This document shows, one piece after another, positions 10,162 through 18,278 of a stretch of 64,000 nucleotides of DNA. The notes beneath the pieces were generated by a model. It was given only the letters and a program-made list of their open reading frames with translations, searched no databases and was not told the origin of the DNA. Positions within the stretch are counted from its first letter, which is position 1; each line of letters starts with the position of its first letter. The DNA comes from Akkermansiaceae bacterium (GTDB lineage Bacteria; Verrucomicrobiota; Verrucomicrobiia; Verrucomicrobiales; Akkermansiaceae). The stretch is taken from NCBI GenBank assembly GCA_051251915.1, contig JBPOGF010000018.1, forward strand, positions 39,093 to 103,092, given 5' to 3'. The translations under genes were made by a program, and so were the position numbers.

Positions 10162-10416
10162 TTAGTCTTCGGTTGAAGCTACTTTTTCCTTTGGTTCAAC
10201 AGCTTTAGTAGTTTCTGTTTTGGCTTCTGTTTCGGCTCTGGTGATTTCACGTTCGAATTCATCGCGAGCGCGCTTGAATTCTCCAGTGCTCTTACCGATT
10301 CCGCGAGCAAGTTGAGGTAATTTCTTCGCTCCAAAGAGTAGAAGAACGATAAGGAATACGAGGATCATTTCCTGTCCTCCGAAGCTGAAAGCTAGTGTGT
10401 GAGTAAAGTCGCTCAT
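10162..10416 (-). CDS. tatA: Twin-arginine translocase subunit TatA/E
   Basis: GGQEMILVFLIVLLLFGAKKLPQLARGIGKS..EFK signature. Confidence 0.95.
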   Translation of the reverse strand: MSDFTHTLAFSFGGQEMILVFLIVLLLFGAKKLPQLARGIGKSTGEFKRARDEFEREITRAETEAKTETTKAVEPKEKVASTED

Positions 10417-10498
10417 GGATGGAAAGTAAGCGGGTTTTCAGGATTTAGCAAATGAATTTATTTCTGGGTGGCAGGGGATTAGTTTATTCATTCAGTAG

Positions 10499-10621
10499 CT
10501 ATTTATCAGTAAGACAGTCTAGTAATTTCTTAGTTCCGAAAAAAAGAAGAACTATAATGAATGCCAAGATCAACTCTTGTCCTCCAAAGCTGAAAGCTAG
10601 TGTTTGCGTGTCATCTCTCAT
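10499..10621 (-). pseudogene. Truncated tatA paralog, 40 aa (pseudogene or microprotein)
   Basis: Manual translation MRDDTQTLAFSFGGQELILAFIIVLLFFGTKKLLDCLTDK*; colinear with TatA up to KKL, then diverges and stops; below the ORF-track size cut-off. Confidence 0.8.
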
Positions 10622-10708
10622 GTTGAAAAACTATATTGAGCTCTAGGACTAAGCAAATGAATTTATTTCAGGATGGTGGGAAATGACACTGTTTGATAAG
10701 AACTTGGC

Positions 10709-11536
10709 ATGATGTCATTACTTACATGGGGCAATGTTTTAGCCTGTATATTTATCCTTAATTTCACAGCTCATTTACAGGCATCTCCAGTCTGGATGAA
10801 GCAGTCTCCAGATGGGGCGAAGTTGTCTGAGCTCACTATTATTGGGACGCATAATTCTTGTGCGCTGCATGGTGGGGACTATGGGAAGTGTCAGAGTATT
10901 GGTTTAAAGGAACAGCTTGAGTCAGGGGTAAGGTTTATAGATGTTAGGTGTCAGTGGAGAGATGGGGATCTACATATTGTTCATGGGATAAGTGATCAGA
11001 AAATGCGGTTTAGTGAGGTGGCTGATATTTGCCAAATTTTTCTGAAGGAGAATCCTGGCGAGGTGATATTGATGTCGGTGATGGAGCAATCTAGCAGGGA
11101 TAAGAAAAGGGGGGACTTTGGTAGAGCTTTTCAGAAGGTGATCAATAAGAATAAGAATCAGTGGTATCAGAAAAAACTTAGCCCTACGCTTGGGGATGCT
11201 CGTGGGAAAGTAGTGGTGGTTTCGAGGAATCGGGAAGTTGAGGGGATTCCTTGGAGGGCGTTTCGTGTTCAGGATTCGTTTTGGATCAATAAGGGAAATA
11301 GTTTGGATGATAAGTGGAGTAAAGTTACTGAACATTTCAAGGGTGTGGGTGCTGGGGAGGAGCTGAGTATTAATTTTATAAGTTGTACAGGTATCATTAA
11401 TCCGCCTCACTTTACGGCGAGTAAACTCAATCCAAAGTTGATTAGTTACTTGAAAAAGCGGCGTGGTAAGAGACTGGGGATAGTGGTTGTGGATTTTTTC
11501 ACGGCTGAGATGTTTCAGGTTGTCAATGCTGACTAA
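10709..11536 (+). CDS. Secreted phosphatidylinositol-specific phospholipase C (X-domain) family protein
   Basis: Signal peptide; LTIIGTHNS, QLESGVRFIDVR, IVHG, PTLGDARGKVV, GIVVVDF motifs. Confidence 0.85.
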   Translation: MMSLLTWGNVLACIFILNFTAHLQASPVWMKQSPDGAKLSELTIIGTHNSCALHGGDYGKCQSIGLKEQLESGVRFIDVRCQWRDGDLHIVHGISDQKMRFSEVADICQIFLKENPGEVILMSVMEQSSRDKKRGDFGRAFQKVINKNKNQWYQKKLSPTLGDARGKVVVVSRNREVEGIPWRAFRVQDSFWINKGNSLDDKWSKVTEHFKGVGAGEELSINFISCTGIINPPHFTASKLNPKLISYLKKRRGKRLGIVVVDFFTAEMFQVVNAD

Positions 11537-12827
11537 TGCTGGATTCTAGCAAGTGGTTTAGTTTTTCTGCTCTGTGTGGGTTTACCATTTTTATGAATGA
11601 GATCCGGCCTTGGAGATACTCAAGGAAGTTTGGGTGATTTGTGCGGTTTTCGGCTGCTAGTCCGTTGCGTTTTACGCGGTAGATGATTGCTTTTAATTGG
11701 TCGAATTCTGAGCGAGCTACATTTGCTTTGGTGTTTACTATTAGGCCTGCAAGTCGTTGTCGTTGGCCTGCTTTCATTACGCGGGTTTTGTCAGTATTTA
11801 GCCACCAGCCTTCTTCTTCGATGATTAGATTTACTAGGTTTTTTAAGCCATTGATTTTGGAGTCTTTGATTTTTATGGAACTGGAGAATGCTATGTCGTC
11901 AGCGTAGCGGGTGTAGTTTAGGTTTAGCTTCTGAGCTAATCCTGTTAGTCTGATATCGAGTTTGAATAGTAGTCTGTCTGCGATAGCGGGGGAGGTAGGG
12001 GCGCCTTGGGGTAGGTGGGCGCGCTCGTATTTCCAGTAGGCTGGTAGTTTTTCGTCTTTGAATCCGTGGGTGCAGAGGTGGGCGAGATACTTGGAGATGT
12101 GTGGTGGGTATCCGGCTAGGTGGAAGAGCGCTCTGACGCGGGGGCGATCAGCGGTGAGGAAGTAGTCTTTGAGGTCGAATTTGATGATGATTTGCTGTCC
12201 GATATGTGGCTCGACGTAGGTGACGATGGATCTTCCTTGTTGGAATCCATGTGAGCATGGATGCGGTGGGATGTGTGCTAAAATCCCGTCTAATACATAA
12301 CGCTGGGCCTTTTTCATTTCCCATTTTGGGACTTCGAGCATTCGGGTTCCTCCGCTTTTTTTAGGAATTTTAGTTATATGATAGTGTGATAATTTGGATC
12401 CTATTTCGGCTGGTTTCATTTGGCCGCAGAACCAGTCTAGGTGCTCGACTGGTAGATCTAGCCAGTGAGCTAGTGCTCCTAGTGTCGTGATGCTGGGTAC
12501 TTTCCAGTGTGCGGAGAGGAAGCGATCTGGAGACATTTTTACTTGGGTGAGATCTGGTGATCCGTTGAGATTTATTTCTCCTTCGTAGACTCCGTCCCTG
12601 TCTGCGTCTTGCTGGAGTTCTTCCCAAAGTTGGTTCTGATAATCTGTAATCCACTCGCTGAGTGCCCAGATGGATGGTCTGGATCCTTCGCCAAAGTGTT
12701 CTAGTAATTTAGTTATGAAGTCCCCGAGGTATTGTTCATATGAAACTAATGGGCGCAGCCTCTCAATGATCTCCTGGGCCTCTAGTGGGCCACGTAGGAT
12801 GATGGAAGCTAGTTTTTTAGAGTGCAT
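11523..12827 (-). CDS. Retron-type RNA-directed DNA polymerase (reverse transcriptase)
   Basis: IPKKSGGTR, SHGF, KFDLKDYF, LPQGAPTSP, YTRYADDIAFS, KTRVM...QRLAGLIVN; no maturase/endonuclease or Cas1 domain; structured ncRNA directly upstream. Confidence 0.92.
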   Translation of the reverse strand: MHSKKLASIILRGPLEAQEIIERLRPLVSYEQYLGDFITKLLEHFGEGSRPSIWALSEWITDYQNQLWEELQQDADRDGVYEGEINLNGSPDLTQVKMSPDRFLSAHWKVPSITTLGALAHWLDLPVEHLDWFCGQMKPAEIGSKLSHYHITKIPKKSGGTRMLEVPKWEMKKAQRYVLDGILAHIPPHPCSHGFQQGRSIVTYVEPHIGQQIIIKFDLKDYFLTADRPRVRALFHLAGYPPHISKYLAHLCTHGFKDEKLPAYWKYERAHLPQGAPTSPAIADRLLFKLDIRLTGLAQKLNLNYTRYADDIAFSSSIKIKDSKINGLKNLVNLIIEEEGWWLNTDKTRVMKAGQRQRLAGLIVNTKANVARSEFDQLKAIIYRVKRNGLAAENRTNHPNFLEYLQGRISFIKMVNPHRAEKLNHLLESSISQH

Positions 12828-12838
12828 GGGTAGTGAGA

Positions 12839-13028
12839 AAAAATCATCACCAGAGCTAACCTATCTTATTGTGTTAAGACTTACTACCACGGAAGTGGTA
12901 TGAGGTCTTGACTGCGTAGTGTCTAGTTTTTCTTGTCCTCAGGGGTTAACCCCTGAGAGGTATTTCCTCTGTGGTTTCAATCTAATGCAAACCATCAGAA
13001 TACCAGTCTTAGCTCCGGTGAGATTTTT
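12839..13028 (-). ncRNA. Retron msr-msd non-coding RNA (predicted)
   Basis: Terminal inverted repeats 13009-13028 and 12839-12859 form 20 bp (one G.U, one bulge); unpaired G at 13008; hairpins 12972-12994, 12956-12970, 12938-12957; long hairpin 12873-12912. Confidence 0.8.
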
Positions 13029-13131
13029 ATGATCTATAGTTACCACTTACAGGTTGGCCTAACCAGAATAAATCTGTGATTAGGCTTCCGTTCTGGTTTA
13101 CATTTTCTGCAACACCCTTTATTCGTAATGA

Positions 13132-14955
13132 ATGGCAGACGATATTATAGGGATTGATCTTGGGACGACGAATTCGGCGGTTGGTGTGGTGGAGAGTGGG
13201 TTTCCTATTTTGTTGGCGAATGCTGATGGGAAGAGGATCACGCCTAGTGCGGTGAGTTATGAGGGGGAGGTGACTGTGGGGGCTGCTGCGCTGAGACGTA
13301 GGGGAGCAGGTGGTGCTGTGGTGACGAGTGCGAAGCGGTATATGGGGAGTCGGTATGCGGAGGTGAAGGATGATGATTTCTGTGTGCCTTTGAGTGAGGA
13401 TGGTGAGGGGAATGTTGTGTTTGATGTTGGGGAGAGGAGTGTTTCTCCTGAGGAGGTGAGTGCGGAGATTTTGGGGTATTTGAAGGGTGTGGCGGAGACT
13501 CAGTTGGGGAGGAGTGTGAGTAAGGCTATTATTACGGTGCCGGCTTATTTCAATGATGCTCAGCGGACGGCTACGAAGCGTGCTGGGGAGATGGCAGGGC
13601 TTGAGGTGGTGAGGATTATTAGTGAGCCTACGGCGGCGGCTTTGGCTTATGGGTTGGATAAGTTGGGGATGGATGAGTCAGCGCGGGTTGTGGTTTATGA
13701 TTATGGTGGTGGTACGTTTGATGTGTCTGTTTTAGAGATTAAGGAAGGGGTGTTTCAGGTATTGGCGACTGCTGGTGATACTAGGCTGGGTGGTGATCAT
13801 ATTGATGAGATTGTGGCGCAGTGGTGTTGTGAAGAGGTGGAGGGGCTGGAGTATGATGAGTTAGATAATCATGAGCGCGAGCAGTTGCTTGGAGCGGCTA
13901 GAAAGCTTAAGGAAAAACTTACCTCTGCTGATGGTGAAGATGGTGGGGAGGTGTTGCAGATTCCGTTTTTTAGGGCTGATGTGAATATTGATTTATCTCT
14001 ATCGCTGGAGCAATTTAATAAGTTGATTCATGGTGAGATCTCGCGGACTGTTAGGTATTGTAAGCAGGTGCTGTTAGATGCTGATGTGACTGTTGATGCA
14101 TTGGATAAGGTTATTTTGGTGGGTGGTAGTACGCGGATTCCTGCGGTTCAGGAGTTGGTGGAGAAGGTGTTTGGGATGAAGCCAGATACTAGTCAGCATC
14201 CGGATGAGGCTGTGGCTCTGGGGGCGGTGATTCAGGGAGGTATGCTGAGTGGGGCTTTGAGGGAGATGGTTTTGTTAGATGTAACGCCGTTGAGTCTTGG
14301 GATAGAGACGTTGGGTGGGTTGATGAATGTGATTATTCCGCGTAATACGACTATTCCATGTAAGGCGGGTGAGATGTTTACGAATGCTGTGGCGAACCAG
14401 GAGTCTATGTGTGTGCGGGTGCTTCAGGGGGAGCGTGAGATGGCGCGTGATAACTGGGAATTGGGAAGGGTTGAGGTAAGTTTTTCTCCGGCGGCGAAGG
14501 GGCAAGCTAGGATGGGGGTGCAGTTTGCGATAGATGAGAATGGGATTTTGGAGGTGCTGACGAGGGATGTGGGGACTGGTAAGGATACTATTTTAGAGAT
14601 CAATAGTGCGGCTGTGGATGTGGCTGATGAGGCTGTGGAGAAGATGGTGACTGAGAGTGTGGATTACGCATTCGATGACATGGCTGAGCGTGTGTTTACG
14701 GAGGCTAAGCTGAAGGCTGAGGAGTTACTCCCAGCGGTAGATGCTGGGTTGGCGCAGGTGTCTGATGATATGGATCCGGAGGATCTAACAGAAATTCAAA
14801 GTGCGGCTGCTGCTGTGCGCGAGGCACTGCAAGGGGATAATGCGAATCAGCTTAAGGCGGCGGTTCAGAAGCTGGACAAATCTACTGAGCACATGGCTGC
14901 GGTTCTTGTGGAGAAGGCGATGGAGGCAGCGCTGATGAGGAAGATGGGGGACTGA
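13132..14955 (+). CDS. Hsp70 family chaperone (HscA/DnaK-like paralog)
   Basis: GIDLGTTNS, TVPAYFNDAQR, EPTAAALAYG, DYGGGTFDVS, LLDVTPLSLGIET...IPRNTTIP. Confidence 0.9.
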   Translation: MADDIIGIDLGTTNSAVGVVESGFPILLANADGKRITPSAVSYEGEVTVGAAALRRRGAGGAVVTSAKRYMGSRYAEVKDDDFCVPLSEDGEGNVVFDVGERSVSPEEVSAEILGYLKGVAETQLGRSVSKAIITVPAYFNDAQRTATKRAGEMAGLEVVRIISEPTAAALAYGLDKLGMDESARVVVYDYGGGTFDVSVLEIKEGVFQVLATAGDTRLGGDHIDEIVAQWCCEEVEGLEYDELDNHEREQLLGAARKLKEKLTSADGEDGGEVLQIPFFRADVNIDLSLSLEQFNKLIHGEISRTVRYCKQVLLDADVTVDALDKVILVGGSTRIPAVQELVEKVFGMKPDTSQHPDEAVALGAVIQGGMLSGALREMVLLDVTPLSLGIETLGGLMNVIIPRNTTIPCKAGEMFTNAVANQESMCVRVLQGEREMARDNWELGRVEVSFSPAAKGQARMGVQFAIDENGILEVLTRDVGTGKDTILEINSAAVDVADEAVEKMVTESVDYAFDDMAERVFTEAKLKAEELLPAVDAGLAQVSDDMDPEDLTEIQSAAAAVREALQGDNANQLKAAVQKLDKSTEHMAAVLVEKAMEAALMRKMGD

Positions 14956-14988
14956 AGTCCCTCCATTGGTAAAAGGTCAAAGATAGAT

Positions 14989-15028
14989 AGTCACTGGTCC
15001 TGGCCGATGGAATGGTGGACCAGTGACT
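14989..15028. terminator. Inverted repeat between convergent genes (possible bidirectional terminator)
   Basis: Perfect 12-bp arms AGTCACTGGTCC/GGACCAGTGACT, 16-nt loop, no clear U-tract. Confidence 0.55.
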
Positions 15029-15043
15029 GAAGTGTGGAGCTAT

Positions 15044-16441
15044 TTAAAGTACTACGTCTTCGTCACGGTAGGTTCCTGAGGCGATCCATTTGGTCTCGGT
15101 GCTTTCGTTAGTGAATGAGACGGTACCTTTGATGGTGACGTTTTCTGCGAATCTTACTGGTCCGGTGATGGAGAGTTTTACAGCGTCTTTGAGTGATGGG
15201 TTTCCTAGGCCTTCGAGGCTGTCTACTAGTTTGTACTCACCGCTGAGTTTGATGATTGGTGGTTTGCCATCGCGCTGAGCGATGAGTGCAATTCTTCCGT
15301 CTGGGGTGGTCTCATAGGCGTCTGATCTGAGGGCGAATAGGTCGGAAGAGGCCTTGACTGGGGCGAATCTAGAGCGCGGGACGCATATGGCTGACGCTCC
15401 TTTAAAGCACTCGATGGCTGCACCCATTGCTGTTTCGAGTTGGAATACTGGAGTGGATTGTTTATCGCGCGGGTCGACGGTTTTAGAATTTTTGATCATC
15501 GGTAGAGGTAGGCTACCGTCATATTTTTCAAGTGCGTCTTTGAGCGCGTCTAGGCGAATCCAGAGGCTGTTGGTATTGAAAAACTGGTGAGTGTCGATGT
15601 TCTGGAAATTTTCTAGGTCTTCGTCTGGGCACTGGGCTACTTCGCGGAGGAGGAGCTGGTTATCTTCCTTTCTGATGGCGAGATGTCCGCCTTTTTTGTC
15701 AGCTTCTGTTCTGCGTGTGACTTCCATGAGGAATGGATTACCTGATTCAGCGAAGTGGCTGAGGATGCTAGGTTCTAGGACGGCTCCGAGGTTGTCTGAG
15801 TTAGATACGAATGCGTATTTTACACCTGCGTCTAGGAGCTTATCTAGCCAGCCTGATCCGGCGATGGCTGCGTAGAGGTCGCCGTGGCCTGGTGGGCACC
15901 ATTCGGTGGATGGGTTTTCTTCGTTGGTTGCTGGAGTGAGTGTGGCTGCATCGATCTTAGGGGTCTGATTCTGCATCATTTCCACGTCTTCCGCTTTGGC
16001 TAGATTGATGTCTTCGTATTGCTCTAGGTGCTCAAGAGTGTCTTCAGAGGTGCTGAAGCTGTTCATGAGGAGGAATTTCACCTCTGCACCCGTAGATTTT
16101 CGAAGGTAGGCAATTTGCTCTACGATGATGTCTAGGAAAGTGGTGTCCCCTTTAACAGGGAGGAGGCTTTTTGCCTTTTGGAGTCCCATGCTAGTGCCTA
16201 GTCCTCCGTTGAGCTTGATGACCACTGTTTTAGCGAGAAGGTCAGGGTCGAATTCTGAGGAAGAGGATAGGGAATTCAGGTCAGTGAGATCTGTGACAGG
16301 GCTTATGCTGTCTTCTGAGATCATGCCAGTCTCCTCATTCACTAGAGATTGGTAGTTACGTTCGAATGATTTGATAGCAGCCTCGCTTACTTTGGCTTGC
16401 TCCATCTTGTCTCTAAAAAGTGTGAAATCGCTCATGACCAT
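15044..16441 (-). CDS. UTP--glucose-1-phosphate uridylyltransferase, eukaryote-type (UDPGP family)
   Basis: VIKLNGGLGTSMG..AKS, LLMNSF, WCPPGHGDLY, SNSDNLGA, FFNTNSLW, QLETAMG, RSRFAPVK. Confidence 0.9.
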   Translation of the reverse strand: MVMSDFTLFRDKMEQAKVSEAAIKSFERNYQSLVNEETGMISEDSISPVTDLTDLNSLSSSSEFDPDLLAKTVVIKLNGGLGTSMGLQKAKSLLPVKGDTTFLDIIVEQIAYLRKSTGAEVKFLLMNSFSTSEDTLEHLEQYEDINLAKAEDVEMMQNQTPKIDAATLTPATNEENPSTEWCPPGHGDLYAAIAGSGWLDKLLDAGVKYAFVSNSDNLGAVLEPSILSHFAESGNPFLMEVTRRTEADKKGGHLAIRKEDNQLLLREVAQCPDEDLENFQNIDTHQFFNTNSLWIRLDALKDALEKYDGSLPLPMIKNSKTVDPRDKQSTPVFQLETAMGAAIECFKGASAICVPRSRFAPVKASSDLFALRSDAYETTPDGRIALIAQRDGKPPIIKLSGEYKLVDSLEGLGNPSLKDAVKLSITGPVRFAENVTIKGTVSFTNESTETKWIASGTYRDEDVVL

Positions 16442-16687
16442 TGATCAAGGGGGGTAAATAGAGCGAAGTCACGCATATTATGTGAAATTTGAGTCATTAG
16501 GGAGGAGTATTTGGGGTGGAGTTTAGCGGGGGAAGACGAATGCTTAAGAAGGGTAAACAGAGTGGTGTAATGTCATGCATTTTAAGCCAGAACGTGGATT
16601 TAATTTACTCATGGATGACTGAATTTTTTCTTGCGAGATTGGTTGTTTTACTTTACCTTTATTGAAGATTAACTCCTTTTAATAGCA

Positions 16688-16894
16688 ATGAAAACTATAC
16701 TAATAAAATTATCAGCAATGACGATCATTTGTCTGTCTATTGCATCATGTAATACGATGGATGGGATGGGTAAAGATTTCGAGAAGATGGGGAATGGGTT
16801 GCAGAATACAGCTAACCGTAGCATCTGGGGATCTAATGCGCCGGCTTATGATGTTCCGCAATATGACGACGCTGGATATCTTCCACCTCAGTAG
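16688..16894 (+). CDS. Entericidin EcnA/B-like small lipoprotein
   Basis: Lipobox IASC followed by NTMDGMGKDFEKMG. Confidence 0.75.
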   Translation: MKTILIKLSAMTIICLSIASCNTMDGMGKDFEKMGNGLQNTANRSIWGSNAPAYDVPQYDDAGYLPPQ

Positions 16895-17017
16895 TTTGTA
16901 GCTCTGAAATAGCTGTGTAGTAATACCACACAGCAAACTAAAAGAGGCGATAGTGATTTTGAAAGATTAAGGCAATCTCCGACAACCCACATCGCTGTCG
17001 TTTCGTCTCAATAAAGT

Positions 17018-17044
17018 AGCCTCTAGGAATCTAGAGGTTTTTTT
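17018..17044 (+). terminator. Intrinsic terminator
   Basis: AGCCTCTAG-GAAT-CTAGAGGTT followed by a T run. Confidence 0.8.
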
Positions 17045-17067
17045 GCGTGTGAGGTGAGGGTTTGGAT

Positions 17068-18228
17068 CTACCTAGATGGGGTGAGTTGGAAGGTGAAGCC
17101 TTTGAGGTATTCTGTCTCTGGGATGGCTGGTAAGATTGGGTGGTCGAGGCGTTGGCTGTGATTCTCGATGAGTCTGACGGTTCTTTTTGCATCTACTGAG
17201 GCGCTGACTACGTTTTGTAGGAATAGCTCGCGGCTGGCGTGGTGTGAGCAACAGAAGGTGGACATGATGCCGTCTTTTTCTAACAACTTGAGTCCACGTA
17301 GATGGATTTCCTTGTAGCCGCGCATTGCGTCGTTGAGGGTCTTTTTGTTTCTGGTGAATGATGGGGGGTCGAGGATGACGAGGTCGTACTTGTCTTCGCA
17401 GCCTTTGAGGAAATCAAATGCGTTGTGTTTGATGGCATTGATTTCTACTTCGTTGATCTCGGCGTTTCTTTTTGTGGCTTCGATAGCAGATTCTGAGATG
17501 TCTACGGCGGTGACGCTTGCTGCGCCGGCTTTGGCGCAGGCTAGTGCGAAGCCTCCTTGGTTGCAGAAGCAGTCAAGTACGCGTTTGCCTTTGGCCCATT
17601 TCATGATGGAGGCGTGGGCGTCTAGTTGGTCTAGGTAGAGGCCGGTTTTTTGACCGTCTAGGAGATCGATTTCAAATTGGATGTCGTTTGCTGTGACGGT
17701 GAATGCGCCGGGGTTGTCACCGTAGACTAGTGAGATATTTTCTTCGATCCCTTCAGCTTTGAGCATTGGTGAGTCATTGCGGAGGATGATGGATTTTGGT
17801 GAGAGTTGATCTACTAGGGCATCGATAATAAGCTGCTTGTTGAGCTCCATGGCTAGGGTGAGGGTCTGGACGACTAAGTGGTCACCGTAGCGATCTACGA
17901 TTACACCTGGTAGTGCGTCTGATTCAGACCAGACGATGCGGCAGAGCTGGAGGTCGACACCGGAGTTTTTGCGGAGTTCGATGGCTTGTGAGATTCTGCG
18001 GTTGAAGAATTCAGAATCTAGCTTTTGTTTTCTGCGTGAGATGCGGCGGGCTACGATCTGTGAGACTGGATTGTAGATGGCTGTGCCGAGTGGACGATCT
18101 CTATAGTCTTTCATGGAGATCACTTCTCCAGGCTCGGGGTTTCCGAAGGTCTTGAGAACTTCTGATGAATAGACCCAGTCGTGACCGTGGAAGATCCGAG
18201 CGCGTGGTTTGATGATGATGCCTGCCAT
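17068..18228 (-). CDS. rlmI: Class I SAM-dependent rRNA methyltransferase, RlmI family
   Basis: N-terminal PUA-like GHDWVY, SESDALPGVIVDRY, GQKTGLYLDQ, VILDPPSF, PETEYLK. Confidence 0.85.
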   Translation of the reverse strand: MAGIIIKPRARIFHGHDWVYSSEVLKTFGNPEPGEVISMKDYRDRPLGTAIYNPVSQIVARRISRRKQKLDSEFFNRRISQAIELRKNSGVDLQLCRIVWSESDALPGVIVDRYGDHLVVQTLTLAMELNKQLIIDALVDQLSPKSIILRNDSPMLKAEGIEENISLVYGDNPGAFTVTANDIQFEIDLLDGQKTGLYLDQLDAHASIMKWAKGKRVLDCFCNQGGFALACAKAGAASVTAVDISESAIEATKRNAEINEVEINAIKHNAFDFLKGCEDKYDLVILDPPSFTRNKKTLNDAMRGYKEIHLRGLKLLEKDGIMSTFCCSHHASRELFLQNVVSASVDAKRTVRLIENHSQRLDHPILPAIPETEYLKGFTFQLTPSR

Positions 18229-18278
18229 GGCGGACTTCTAGTGCAAGCCAGTGACTAGGTCAATGCTGATTATGCTGC

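Noticed and set aside
10452..10646. 64-aa + strand ORF
   Set aside because: Antisense shadow of the truncated tatA copy
11523..12827. RT as group II intron, DGR or CRISPR-associated RT
   Set aside because: No maturase/endonuclease domain or intron domain V/VI seen, no TR/VR repeat pair or avd gene, no cas genes or array; motifs and upstream ncRNA fit a retron
12370..12903. Small ORFs 12370-12654 (-) and 12670-12903 (+) as retron effectors
   Set aside because: Both overlap the RT or the ncRNA, have no recognisable motifs and look like frame or antisense shadows
13061..13098. 8-bp inverted repeat AACCAGAA/TTCTGGTT upstream of Hsp70 as a CIRCE element
   Set aside because: Does not match TTAGCACTC-N9-GAGTGCTAA; spacer is 22 nt
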